DNA from: Nitrospirota bacterium
GTDB lineage: Bacteria; Nitrospirota; Thermodesulfovibrionia; Thermodesulfovibrionales; JdFR-86
DNA: 64,000 nucleotides
Assembly (NCBI GenBank): GCA_963721805.1
Contig: CAVRJY010000001.1
Location: 544,001-608,000 of the forward strand
Direction: 5' to 3'
Shown: positions 41,743 through 51,612 of the stretch, piece after piece
How positions within the stretch are numbered: the stretch's first letter is position 1
Layout: every line of letters begins with the position of its first letter
Notes under the pieces: model-generated
Databases searched by the model: none
What the model was told of the DNA's origin: nothing
The model's input: only the letters and a program-made list of their open reading frames with translations
Position numbers and translations under genes: made by a program

Positions 41743-43220
41743 AAGGTGCGCGCGCGGATATGGCGGTAGGGCTGTTCGCGGTCGCGGTCATCGCCGTCCT
41801 CGCCCTGATGACGTTCAAGGTCGGGGGGTTCATGTTCGGGGGGAAGAGCGGCTACAGGCTTTACGTGATATTCAATAACACCGGTGGGCTCGACGAGAAG
41901 AGCCGCATCAAGATCGCCGGTGTCGATGCCGGGATGGTCGAGAAGATCAGCCTAGATGACGGCCGCGCAAAGCTCACCCTGCGCATCAATAAGGACATCA
42001 AAATTTACTCCGACGCCTCCGCTTACATACGCTCTTCCGGCCTGCTGGGGGACAAATACCTCGAAATCAATGTGGGCTCCAGGCTCCCGCTGCTCAAAGA
42101 CGGCGACTACATCCCTGCCGCGCACGAGATGGCGGACATTGATGACCTTGTGCGCAACCTGACGTCCGCCTCGGCCAACCTGATGGGTCTGATCTCGGAC
42201 CTCAACCAGCCCCAGCTGAAAGAGAACCTCCGTGAGACGATCGAGAACATGAAATACATTACCGAGGACCTGCGCGGCACCCTCTCGTCCAACAAAGGCG
42301 GCATCAGCTCGGTTATCTCGAAGATCGACCACCTGGCGACCACCCTAGATTCGCTGGCTACGGAGAACCGCTACGCCCTCACCAACACGATAAACAACTT
42401 CGACGCGTTCTCGGCGAACCTGAAGGCCGAGACCCCGGAACTCATCAAACAGCTCAGCGAGGCCTCCATCGCGCTCAAGACCGTCATGAACAAGGCCGAG
42501 CCCATAGTGGCCAACACCTCGACGGGCATCTCAACGTTCTTCGGCACCGCAAACGATATCGCCAACAAGGTCGACAGCGGCCAGGGCACCATCGGCAAAC
42601 TGATCAACGACACCAAGCTCTATAACTCGATCACCAACACCGTGGACAGCCTGCAGTACATGCTGACCAGCGTCAACCGCTTCCATACGTTCGTCAGGAT
42701 GGACGGGCTGTACCTGAGCAAACTCAAGGACTCCCAGGGGAACTTCTACGTCACGCTCCAGCCGGTGCCCGACAAATATTACGTATTGGGCGTTTCGAGC
42801 GACCCGCTGGGCATTTCCACTACGACAATAAGGAGGAAGGACGGTGTCGTCTCGCGAGTTAAAAAGACCACCTCCGACGTTACATTCACGGCCCAGTTCG
42901 CCAAGCGATATGACAATACGGCCTTGCGGCTGGGTTTAAAACAAAACTCATTCGGGGCCGGCGCCGACCAGTTTTTCCTGAACGACAAGCTTAAGGTCTC
43001 GGCCGACGCCTGGGACTTCAGCGAGCACGAATACAGGTCCACGAACCCTCACGTGCGCGTCGGTGCGGACCTTTTCGTGTTTAAGAACATCTTCGTCTCC
43101 GGGGGCTATGACAACCCGTTTAACTCCCGCACCGGAGGCCCGTACCTGGGCGCCGGGGTGAGCTTCGAGGACGAAGACCTCAAATACCTCCTGAGTTCGA
43201 TGCCCAGGATTACCCCCTGA
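41739..43220 (+). CDS. mlaD: Elongated MlaD/MCE protein with helical stalk and beta-rich C-terminus
   Basis: MCE motifs (IAGVDAG.V, GLLGDKYLEI), long helical region, C-terminal alternating beta strands. Confidence 0.88.
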   Translation: MKGARADMAVGLFAVAVIAVLALMTFKVGGFMFGGKSGYRLYVIFNNTGGLDEKSRIKIAGVDAGMVEKISLDDGRAKLTLRINKDIKIYSDASAYIRSSGLLGDKYLEINVGSRLPLLKDGDYIPAAHEMADIDDLVRNLTSASANLMGLISDLNQPQLKENLRETIENMKYITEDLRGTLSSNKGGISSVISKIDHLATTLDSLATENRYALTNTINNFDAFSANLKAETPELIKQLSEASIALKTVMNKAEPIVANTSTGISTFFGTANDIANKVDSGQGTIGKLINDTKLYNSITNTVDSLQYMLTSVNRFHTFVRMDGLYLSKLKDSQGNFYVTLQPVPDKYYVLGVSSDPLGISTTTIRRKDGVVSRVKKTTSDVTFTAQFAKRYDNTALRLGLKQNSFGAGADQFFLNDKLKVSADAWDFSEHEYRSTNPHVRVGADLFVFKNIFVSGGYDNPFNSRTGGPYLGAGVSFEDEDLKYLLSSMPRITP

Positions 43221-43388
43221 TTACCCCGGCCTCCGGCCTTCGTAGGATAAGGGGTATAACGGCAGTCGGGGGATAAGGGGGCAGCGCGCCCTGAGAAAAG
43301 GGGTTCGTGACCCGCCTGCGTCTTTCCAAACCCCAGTATTTATGCTTATAATAGATATTGGACTATTGTGTCCATACATATATAGACA

Positions 43389-45113
43389 ATGGCGGACCAA
43401 AAAGGCATAAAGACTCAAATTACGCCTCTTGCTGCGGCGGCCTCCTCGCGTCCGCGCATCGGCGAGATCCTCCTCGGGCACGGCCACATCACCGATTCCG
43501 AACTCCAGCGCGCGCTCGAGCTGCGCAACGCTCCGGGTGAGACGCGGCGCCTGGGCGAGGTCCTACAGGGCATGTCGCTCACCGAGCAGCAGCTCGCCGA
43601 GGGCCTGTCCAGGCAGTTCGGCATCCCGATGCTCACGGAGGAGATGATCCCCGAGCATATGCCGCTTGAGAGGGTGTCATTCGAGTTCCTGCGCCGAAAC
43701 TCGGTGCTTCCTGTCTCGGTCGAGGGCTCCACGTTAACGGTGGCGGTCTCGGACCCCACTGATTCGGCGTGCATCGAGAGCCTGCGAGCTTCATACGATC
43801 TGGGTATCAGGACGCTCATGTCCACCCGCACCGCCATAGCCGACGCCCTCCAGAGGCTCCAGAGTTCCCAGGAGACTGTTATGCAGAAGCTCCTGGAGGA
43901 CGTGGACGAGAAAGACATGTCCATGGAGGTCGACGGCGAAGTCAGTCACCTGAAGGACCTGGCGCAGGAGAAGGGCATAATAAGCCTGGTCAATCACGTC
44001 ATCGAGCGCGCGACGCTGGAGCGCGCCAGCGACATACACGTCGAGCCCTCCGAGACCTCCGTGCGCATCCGCTACCGTATAGACGGCATCCTCTACGAGC
44101 GCGAGACCCTGCCCATAAAAATGCAGGCGGCCCTCTCGTCGAGGATAAAGCTCCTTTCGAACATGAACATCGCAGAGCGAAGATTGCCGCAGGACGGCCG
44201 CATGAGGGGGCGCTTCGGCGGCCGCGAACTCGACATGCGCGTCTCGACCCTCCCGACCATATACGGCGAGAGCATAGTCATGAGGCTCCTCGACAAGGAC
44301 GCCAAGACGATCACGCTCGAAGACCTCGGCTATGACGAAATGCTCCTCGGCAAATACGCCGAGATGATCAAGAAGCCATACGGCATGATACTGATCACCG
44401 GGCCCACGGGCGCGGGCAAGACCACCACGCTTTACGCATCGCTTGAGAAGATCAACTCCTCTGAAAAGAAGATCATCACTATCGAGGAGCCTGTGGAGTA
44501 CATACTCAAGGGCATAAACCAGATCCAGGTGCGGACGAAGATCGGGCTGACGTTCGCAAACGGGCTGCGCTCGATCGTCCGGCAGGACCCGGACGTGATC
44601 ATGGTCGGCGAGATCAGGGACCTCGAGACCGCCTCCATCTCCATACACGCCTCGCTTACCGGGCACCTGCTGTTCAGCACGCTTCACACCAACGACGCCG
44701 CCAGCGCGATCGCGCGCCTCATCGACATGGGCGTGGAGCACTACCTCGTGAGTTCGACCCTGATAGGGGTCGTGGCCCAGAGGCTCGTGCGCCGCCTCTG
44801 CCCCAACTGCAGGAGCGAGCACCCTGTGCCCGAAGACCTGACAGCGGTGCTCGGCGAGGGCGTCAAGACGGTCTGGCGCGGCGAGGGCTGCGACAACTGC
44901 ATGCACACGGGCTACAAGGGCCGCGTGGGCATATTCGAAATCCTCATGGTGGACGCCGAGATCAAGGAACTCATCATGGCCAAGGCCAACGCAAGCGAGA
45001 TCAAGAACGAGGCCGTGAAGCTCGGCATGCGCACGCTGCGCGAGGACGGCCTCGAGAAGATACGCTCGGGTCTCACCACGGTCGACGAGGTCATGAGAGT
45101 GACCTATGCGTAA
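43389..45113 (+). CDS. gspE: Type II secretion ATPase GspE/PulE
   Basis: N-terminal RIGEILL/RLGEVL (MshEN-like); ASDIHVEP; GPTGAGKTT; RQDPDVIMVGEIRD; CPNC...CDNC. Confidence 0.93.
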   Translation: MADQKGIKTQITPLAAAASSRPRIGEILLGHGHITDSELQRALELRNAPGETRRLGEVLQGMSLTEQQLAEGLSRQFGIPMLTEEMIPEHMPLERVSFEFLRRNSVLPVSVEGSTLTVAVSDPTDSACIESLRASYDLGIRTLMSTRTAIADALQRLQSSQETVMQKLLEDVDEKDMSMEVDGEVSHLKDLAQEKGIISLVNHVIERATLERASDIHVEPSETSVRIRYRIDGILYERETLPIKMQAALSSRIKLLSNMNIAERRLPQDGRMRGRFGGRELDMRVSTLPTIYGESIVMRLLDKDAKTITLEDLGYDEMLLGKYAEMIKKPYGMILITGPTGAGKTTTLYASLEKINSSEKKIITIEEPVEYILKGINQIQVRTKIGLTFANGLRSIVRQDPDVIMVGEIRDLETASISIHASLTGHLLFSTLHTNDAASAIARLIDMGVEHYLVSSTLIGVVAQRLVRRLCPNCRSEHPVPEDLTAVLGEGVKTVWRGEGCDNCMHTGYKGRVGIFEILMVDAEIKELIMAKANASEIKNEAVKLGMRTLREDGLEKIRSGLTTVDEVMRVTYA

Positions 45114-46029
45114 CAATGAACGGGGCGTGGTACTGCTGATGGCCATGTGGGCGCTCGTCATGCTCTCGGTGGTCGCGCTTAATTTCTCCCTCTCCACCCG
45201 CGCTGGTTCGGCCGGGGCGCGGAATTTCAAGGAGGACACCAGGGCTTATTACCTCGCCGAGTCAGTATACGAGGAGGCCGTAAATTACCTGCTCGCAGAC
45301 AGCGAGAGGGCGTATGACTATATGGACGAGGATGGCAACCTGCACGTCGACGATGAGCACCCGCCCATCAGCGGCGAGCGCGAGGTAGAGGGCGCCAAGG
45401 TAGTGCTGAACATCACGGACGAGGAATCCCGCCTGAACGTCAACAACATTAACGCGGCCACGATGACGAAGCTCCTCGAATACACCGGGGCGCCGACGGA
45501 CGAGGTGGCCACCATGATGGACTCTCTCGCGGACTGGATGGACAATGACGATATACCGCGTCCCTCCGGCGCCGAGGACGACTACTACGAGCCATTCGGG
45601 TACAAGACAAAGCCCGGCAGGCTTGAGACCCCGCAGGAGTTGCTGCTGATCAAAGGGTTCACGCCCGGTTACGTATACGGCAGCGACCGCAACCCCGGGC
45701 TCTACCCGCTGCTGACGACATGGGGCGACGGCTCGATAAACGTCAACACCGTATCCGAAGACCTGCTGAGCGCGCTTGGCCTCAGCGCGGTCGAGATAGA
45801 CGGCATCATAGGGCACCGCCCCCTGAAGTCGCTGCCAGGAGGCTTGCGCATCCCGGCAAAGACCACCTCGTCGTTTTTCAGGATCGATGTCGCGACCACG
45901 ATGCCGATGAGCGCCCAGACCGTGCGCATAACGGCAGTCGTCAAGCGCGAGGCCTCCAAGGACAATAAGGACGTGTACAAGGCAACGCCCGTATACTGGA
46001 GGGAAGACGTTGAAAACAGCGGGGCTTAA
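45106..46029 (+). CDS. gspK: Minor pseudopilin GspK
   Basis: Prepilin site RG|VVLLMAMW; DEESRLNVN, LADWMD.DD, INVNT. Confidence 0.9.
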   Translation: MRNNERGVVLLMAMWALVMLSVVALNFSLSTRAGSAGARNFKEDTRAYYLAESVYEEAVNYLLADSERAYDYMDEDGNLHVDDEHPPISGEREVEGAKVVLNITDEESRLNVNNINAATMTKLLEYTGAPTDEVATMMDSLADWMDNDDIPRPSGAEDDYYEPFGYKTKPGRLETPQELLLIKGFTPGYVYGSDRNPGLYPLLTTWGDGSINVNTVSEDLLSALGLSAVEIDGIIGHRPLKSLPGGLRIPAKTTSSFFRIDVATTMPMSAQTVRITAVVKREASKDNKDVYKATPVYWREDVENSGA

Positions 46030-47266
46030 CATCGAGGGCCTCAAGCTCGGGGTATCCGTGATGTCGCGGTCCATCGGCATGCTCTCGCATGTTAAATCCG
46101 AGGAATACGCCCTGCCCGCCGACCCAGTGGAACATCCCGCGTTCATTCGCGAGGTACTTCTGGCCCTTAAGGCCGAACACGGGATAAGCGGATTTTCGGT
46201 CGGCCTGGAGCTGGGGCTGTTCGCAGCGCGGATCGTGGAGCTGCCGTTTAAGGGCCGCGAGGATATCGCAAACGCCCTCGCCTTCGAACTCGAGACCCAG
46301 CTGCCGCTGCCGCCAGAGGAATACCGCTACGATTTTATGACCCTAAGCACATCCGGGGCTTCATCGACGAACCTCATCTTCGCGATTAAGCGCGACCGGC
46401 TGGCGTGGCTCGCCGAGTGCGTCGAGGAGACGGGGCTTAAGCTCCATTCGGTGCGCTGCGCCCAGATAGAGGCGCTCAACGAGCTCCTCTCGATCCGCGA
46501 TGCCCGCCACTCGCTGTTCGTACAGCGCGTCGGGGAGGGATTCCATATCATAGGGCTCGACGCCGGAAAGCCTGTTCTATTTTTGTCTGCCCACTCGTTG
46601 GATGAGGCAGTGGCCAAGGCGACCGAGCATGCGGCGGCATTCAAGGGGCTCTATGTCAGCGGGATCCCGGACCTCGCGCCGTTTGCAGGGCTTACCCCGG
46701 CTTCGGTTTCATACGACCTCGCCTCACTCGTTGCCGCTTCGGACCTCAGGCGCAAACCCATCAGGCTGAACTTCATACCCGAGGCCCTCGCCCCTAGAAG
46801 GCTGGACCTGTTCCCATACGTGGCGGCCGGGCTCGCGGCGCTCTGCGTGCTGCTGTACCTCACCACCTCGGTCGTGGCCTACTATAAGGAGAAACGGGCC
46901 CTCGACGGCGTGAATGCCTCGCTCCAGGACATGGAGAAGGCCTCGCACGAACTCCTGCAGACCAGGAAGGAGAGCGAGACGATCCTGGACAAGCGCCGCT
47001 TCCTCCAGGAGTTCGTGGCCCGCAGCAACAGGAAGATCGGGTACATAAGGGACCTCAGCACTGCGCTGCCCGATAGCGCATGGCTGGTCTCGCTCAATAT
47101 AGACGGCAAGGGCAGGGTCGAGATCGAGGGCTACGCCGAGAGGACCGCTGATATCATAGGGCCGCTCGAGCACTCAGGGGCCTTCAAGCACGTCGAGATC
47201 ACCGCCCCCGTGCTGCTGCGCGAGGGCCTCGAGAGGTTCTCCATCAGGATGGAGGTCGCCCAATGA
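46010..47266 (+). CDS. GspL / PilM-PilN-like inner membrane platform protein
   Basis: Cytoplasmic actin-like region (AFELETQLP), single TM, PilN-like C-terminus (LPDSAWL...IEGYA). Confidence 0.75.
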   Translation: MKTAGLNIEGLKLGVSVMSRSIGMLSHVKSEEYALPADPVEHPAFIREVLLALKAEHGISGFSVGLELGLFAARIVELPFKGREDIANALAFELETQLPLPPEEYRYDFMTLSTSGASSTNLIFAIKRDRLAWLAECVEETGLKLHSVRCAQIEALNELLSIRDARHSLFVQRVGEGFHIIGLDAGKPVLFLSAHSLDEAVAKATEHAAAFKGLYVSGIPDLAPFAGLTPASVSYDLASLVAASDLRRKPIRLNFIPEALAPRRLDLFPYVAAGLAALCVLLYLTTSVVAYYKEKRALDGVNASLQDMEKASHELLQTRKESETILDKRRFLQEFVARSNRKIGYIRDLSTALPDSAWLVSLNIDGKGRVEIEGYAERTADIIGPLEHSGAFKHVEITAPVLLREGLERFSIRMEVAQ

Positions 47267-47785
47267 GCCGCACGAGGCTCGTGCTGCTGGTGGCCCTTGC
47301 GGTCGTCGTCGGGGCCATGCTCCTGGCCGACAAGCTCGACACCGAGCGCGCCGCGCTTCACGAGACGCTCGTGGTCAACCACGCAACTTACGTCAAGAGG
47401 AAGGCGTTTATCCAGCGCACCCTGAAGGCCGGCTCCGAGATCAAGGCCGCGCTGGAGGACCTGCAAAAGAGCGAATCGAAGATCATACCGCAGTCAGACC
47501 CCTCGCTTGGGTTTGCGGCGCTGCAGGCCCGGGTGCAGGACATCGCGCAGGGCACGGGCATGCGGATTTTTGCGATCAGGCAGCTCCAGAGCGTCACGGC
47601 CAGGGGCTACATAACCCTGCCGATCTTCGTCGAGATGCGCGGGGACATCGAGACGTTCAGCGCCTTCCTGCGACAGCTTGCGGCCGGCGAGGACTTCATC
47701 GGCGATCGACAACATGAACGTCACCACCTCGCAAGAAGGCGTCTTGAGGGTGCGCATGCAGCTCTCGGGGCTCATGAAGCCATGA
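47263..47785 (+). pseudogene. GspM/PilO-like gene with an apparent +1 frameshift near 47701
   Basis: Removing one G from TTC ATC GGCG ATC restores FIAIDNMNVTTSQEGVLRVRMQLSGLMKP-stop, whose TGA overlaps the next ATG. Confidence 0.7.
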
Positions 47786-48309
47786 TAAGGAAACTGGCGA
47801 TAGTCCTGCTGCTGCTGGCCGGTGCCGGCGTGCTCGGGGCTAACTTCGTCCGAAACGGGCTGTATTTCGAGCCCCTAGCCTCGATGGGCCAGACCGCGGA
47901 AACCCCCGAGGCCGGCCGCGAGGCCCTGGCGAACTCCGAAGTCGGCTGGGGCGAGGAGATCGTCCAGCACAACCTCTTCGACCCGGACAGGGCCGAGCCG
48001 GTAAAGGCTTCGGAAAAGGCCCAGCCCGCGGCTGCCGCGGCCGCGGTCAAGGAGAAGGAGCAGCCAAAGATCGATCTTAGTGGTATAATACTCAATCAAT
48101 ACGGGGAACTTGTCGCGTATCTCGCGATAAACGGCACCGCGCCCCGCGAGGCGCGCAAGGGAGATACCATCGATGAGATCAGGGTGCTCGACGTTACAAA
48201 GAAGGATGTCGATCTAATGTGGGACGGGAAGCCCATCTCGCTCACGATGGAGAAGATAAGGACCGTGAAAGACAAGAAAGACATCACAGACGGGACGCCC
48301 TCCAGATGA
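47782..48309 (+). CDS. GspC/PilP-like T2SS accessory protein
   Basis: Own hydrophobic N-terminus MIRKLAIVLLLLAG; NLFDPDR...LSGII...KGDTI. Confidence 0.65.
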   Translation: MIRKLAIVLLLLAGAGVLGANFVRNGLYFEPLASMGQTAETPEAGREALANSEVGWGEEIVQHNLFDPDRAEPVKASEKAQPAAAAAAVKEKEQPKIDLSGIILNQYGELVAYLAINGTAPREARKGDTIDEIRVLDVTKKDVDLMWDGKPISLTMEKIRTVKDKKDITDGTPSR

Positions 48310-50291
48310 GGCGCGCCATCATGGCCGTTTTAGCTCTGGCGCTCGCGCTGTCCGCGCTCTCGTGCGCCGCGCAAAAAGCTGTAAAACCCGAGCCCCAGAT
48401 GGCGGTGCCCGAGACCTTCAAGCTCCCGCCGGTCCTGCCTAAGCCAAAGTCCGCGCAGGCCGCCACTCAGACATCGCGAGTCGAACCTATACGCATCACT
48501 CAAGAAAAGGAAGAAAAATACATAGTCCTCAATTTCGACAACACGGACATCAAGACCATCATAGCCAGCTTCGGCGAACTGCTGAACATCAACTATGTGG
48601 TCTCCCCCGGCGTTACCGGAAACATCACCATACAGTCGTATAAGAAGATCCCGGTCTCCGAGCTCTTCCCGGTATTCCAGAGCATATTGGAATTAAACGG
48701 CCTGACAGCGATCAAAGACGGACCCTTCTACAAGATCGTTCCGATAGATTCCGCAAAGACCCAAAGCGTAGGGGTTGAGGGCGGCAAGGAGCTGAAGCTC
48801 GAGCTCGACTCGACGTTCGTAACGCAACTCGTGCCGCTTGAGCACATCAAGGCCAAGGACACGGAGGCTACCCTTGCGGGTTTCCTCCCCCGCGGGGCGA
48901 ATATCGTGGTCTACGAGCCCACGAACATGCTAATAATAACCGCGTTGCCCCCAACCATAGCGCGACTGATGAAGATCATCGAGGCCATCGACGTCGCTGA
49001 CATCGCGACCGAGTCCCCAAGGACCTATGTATATGACGTCGTAAACGGAGAGGCCAAGAAACTCGCCGACGTGCTGAAGTCCGTGCTCACAAGCGAGAAG
49101 GGCGCCGAGAAGCCCTCGACCTCGCCGGTAAGTGCTTTGAGGCCTCCCTCGACATTCCCGGCGCGCACTCCGGCCGCCCGGATGCCGATAACACCAGCCG
49201 CCACGCAGGCGCAGATCACGAGCGTCAATGCCGAGGGCATCTCGATCACCGCATACGAGGACATAAACGCTCTGATCATCAAGTGCTCACCCAAGGACTA
49301 CGTCGCGCTCCTTGACCTGCTGAGGCAGCTGGACCTCCCGCCAAAACAGGTCCTGATGGAGGTCATGATCGCCGAACTCACGCTCTCAGACGAGTTGAAC
49401 TTCGGGCTTGAATGGCTAGTGAAAAACAGCCATGGCAATCAATTCGGATCCCCAGGTGCCACCTTTGGCACGCCTGGCTCTGTGGGCATCAGCTCCTTCA
49501 CAGGATTCTCATCGCTGGTCTCGGGCGTGATCGACGACGCTGCCTTCCAGTCCATCCTATCCTTTGTCGAGGGTTCGAGCAAATTCAATATCGTCGCAAG
49601 CCCGTTGATCCTCGCTGTCGACAACAAAGATGCCGAGATCACGATCGGCAGCTCTGTGCCCGTTGCTACCGGCCTCAACCAGACGCAGTCGCTCGATACG
49701 ACCGTTGCCAACCCGACGCTGGTCTCCTCCGGTCAGATAGATTACAGAGACATCGGCACGATCCTTAAGATCACGCCGCACATAACCGAAAAGGGCAACG
49801 TCTCTCTAAGCATATACGTGGAATCAAGCAGTGTGGCCGATTCTCCGACCAAAATATCGGGAAATGACTTTACGGCCTTCAATAAACGCGACGCCAAGAC
49901 CAATGCGGTTGTGGGCGACGGCCATACGCTGTTCATCGGTGGCATAATAGACAACCAGGTCAACCAGTCCAATTCCGGTATACCGTTTCTGAGCAGGATT
50001 CCGATTATCGGACATCTGCTGATGAACCATGAACACATAAAAAAGGACAAAACGGAACTCCTCATAATGATTACGCCGCATGTGATCAGGGATCAGGAAA
50101 GCGCGGACGACCTGACCGAACGATATAAGAACAAGATAAGGGTCGTCGAGAAGGCTTTCTTAACCGGCGGCGACGATAAGGTCCTGCGCCAGTCCGATGC
50201 AGAGGAACGTGCCGAGCACAATCAGACAATCAAGTCCGAAGAAGCAGCAGAGCCTGCCACCCCGGCAGCCGCTCAGCCCGCGGCGAAGTAA
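48306..50291 (+). CDS. gspD: Type II secretion secretin GspD (lipidated)
   Basis: Lipobox LS|C; LNFDNTDI N0 domain; QVLMEVMIAE; SGIPFLSRIPIIG; KTELLIMITPHVI. Confidence 0.94.
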   Translation: MRRAIMAVLALALALSALSCAAQKAVKPEPQMAVPETFKLPPVLPKPKSAQAATQTSRVEPIRITQEKEEKYIVLNFDNTDIKTIIASFGELLNINYVVSPGVTGNITIQSYKKIPVSELFPVFQSILELNGLTAIKDGPFYKIVPIDSAKTQSVGVEGGKELKLELDSTFVTQLVPLEHIKAKDTEATLAGFLPRGANIVVYEPTNMLIITALPPTIARLMKIIEAIDVADIATESPRTYVYDVVNGEAKKLADVLKSVLTSEKGAEKPSTSPVSALRPPSTFPARTPAARMPITPAATQAQITSVNAEGISITAYEDINALIIKCSPKDYVALLDLLRQLDLPPKQVLMEVMIAELTLSDELNFGLEWLVKNSHGNQFGSPGATFGTPGSVGISSFTGFSSLVSGVIDDAAFQSILSFVEGSSKFNIVASPLILAVDNKDAEITIGSSVPVATGLNQTQSLDTTVANPTLVSSGQIDYRDIGTILKITPHITEKGNVSLSIYVESSSVADSPTKISGNDFTAFNKRDAKTNAVVGDGHTLFIGGIIDNQVNQSNSGIPFLSRIPIIGHLLMNHEHIKKDKTELLIMITPHVIRDQESADDLTERYKNKIRVVEKAFLTGGDDKVLRQSDAEERAEHNQTIKSEEAAEPATPAAAQPAAK

Positions 50292-50299
50292 CCCCGATT

Positions 50300-50351
50300 A
50301 AAAACACCGAGGCCTCCGGCGGGACGATCCCTCCGGAGGCCTCGGTGTTTT
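50300..50351. terminator. Bidirectional terminator between gspD and pfk
   Basis: AAAAACACCGAGGCCTCCGG...CCGGAGGCCTCGGTGTTTTT. Confidence 0.9.
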
Positions 50352-50358
50352 CACTATG

Positions 50359-51570
50359 CTAGAAGTGTCTTTCGATCTTGCCCTTGAGCTCGCTGAAGAC
50401 CGGCTTATACTCGACAGCCTTGCGGCCGAAGCAGACGCCGAGCGCCTCATACAGCGATATCTCGTCGAGGTCTACGTAGCGCTGCTTTATGACCTCGCTC
50501 GTGCTCTGGTAGAAGATCTCGTTGCCCCTGACGTCGACTACGGTAACGCCGTTTATCCCTGAGGTCATGAGCTTGACCGCTGCCGCTCCGGCCTCGAGGC
50601 CGAAGACCACGTCATAAGCTGAGCTCGCGCCCGAGCGCACGAGGTGCCCAGGGGTGACCTCGCGAATCTCGGGGCTTTCGTATACGCCGGGGACGAACAT
50701 GCCCACGTCCTTCATGAACTGCTTGACCTCGGGGTCAGGCTTCATGCGCGCCTCCAGCTGCTTGCGCACGTACTTCCCGGCGCCGGAGAGCTTGACGTGG
50801 CCGAAGGCATCGCGTTCGACCGAGTCGTCCGAGATGTTTTCGCCCCTTATGTCCTTCATGCCCTCGGCGGCGACTATAGTGTACGTCCCGGCCCTTACGT
50901 CGCTTGCGCGGATGCGGCTCATATAAAGCGACTTCATATGCGAGTAGACCGCGTCGAAGTCCACCGGGACCTCGGGCAGCAGGATGCAGTCCGCCTCGGC
51001 GCCAATGCCGCCCCTGTACGCTGTATGCCCGGCGTACCGGCCGAAGACCTCGATGACGAGGATGCGGTTGTGGCTCATGCCTGTGGTCTTGAGGTCGCGG
51101 ACCATGACGGCCACGCGGTTGATCGCCGAGTCGCCGCCGACGCTGTAGGACTGCAGGTCGAGGTCCATCGTCTTGGGGACGTGCACGCAGGATATGCCCT
51201 GTCCGCCCAGGTCCACCGTGACGCTCCCTGTGTCGTCGCCGCCGCTGATGATGAGGCCGTCGATGCCGAATTTTTTGAGTCCGTCCTTGATGCGCTGGTA
51301 CTTGTTCGGGTCGTCGATCTTCTTGATCTTGACTCGCGAGTGGCCTGCCTCGGAGCCCGCGACCGAGGCCTCGATCAGGCTCAGCCGCTCGGGGGTCATC
51401 TGGGTCAGTTTTTCCATGTCGAGCATGTTATAAAGGCCCGCGTAGCCGTTTGGTATGATGAAAGTCTCGATGCCCATCGATGCGGCCATCTTCGACACGC
51501 CCTTAATGACCGCGTTTAAGCCGCCGCAGTCGCCGCCGCTCGTAATGATGCCGAGTCTCTTTACCGCCAT
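50359..51570 (-). CDS. 6-phosphofructokinase family, PPi-dependent signature
   Basis: TSGGDCGGLN, GGDDT, PKTMD, EVFGRYAG. Confidence 0.9.
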   Translation of the reverse strand: MAVKRLGIITSGGDCGGLNAVIKGVSKMAASMGIETFIIPNGYAGLYNMLDMEKLTQMTPERLSLIEASVAGSEAGHSRVKIKKIDDPNKYQRIKDGLKKFGIDGLIISGGDDTGSVTVDLGGQGISCVHVPKTMDLDLQSYSVGGDSAINRVAVMVRDLKTTGMSHNRILVIEVFGRYAGHTAYRGGIGAEADCILLPEVPVDFDAVYSHMKSLYMSRIRASDVRAGTYTIVAAEGMKDIRGENISDDSVERDAFGHVKLSGAGKYVRKQLEARMKPDPEVKQFMKDVGMFVPGVYESPEIREVTPGHLVRSGASSAYDVVFGLEAGAAAVKLMTSGINGVTVVDVRGNEIFYQSTSEVIKQRYVDLDEISLYEALGVCFGRKAVEYKPVFSELKGKIERHF

Positions 51571-51612
51571 ATTAGCGCTCCTCCTGTTTTATCCGTATGA
51601 TTGCGCGGCGGG

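Noticed and set aside
43245..43320. tRNA-like look (GGTTCG) and three (AT/AA)AAGGGG repeats upstream of gspE
   Set aside because: No cloverleaf or acceptor stem; the repeats are short and irregularly spaced
43791..45239. Long antisense ORFs (e.g. 482 aa opposite gspE; also 2502-3449, 50644-51519, 57005-57826, 58737-59591)
   Set aside because: Shadow frames of well-supported genes in high-GC DNA, with no recognisable motifs
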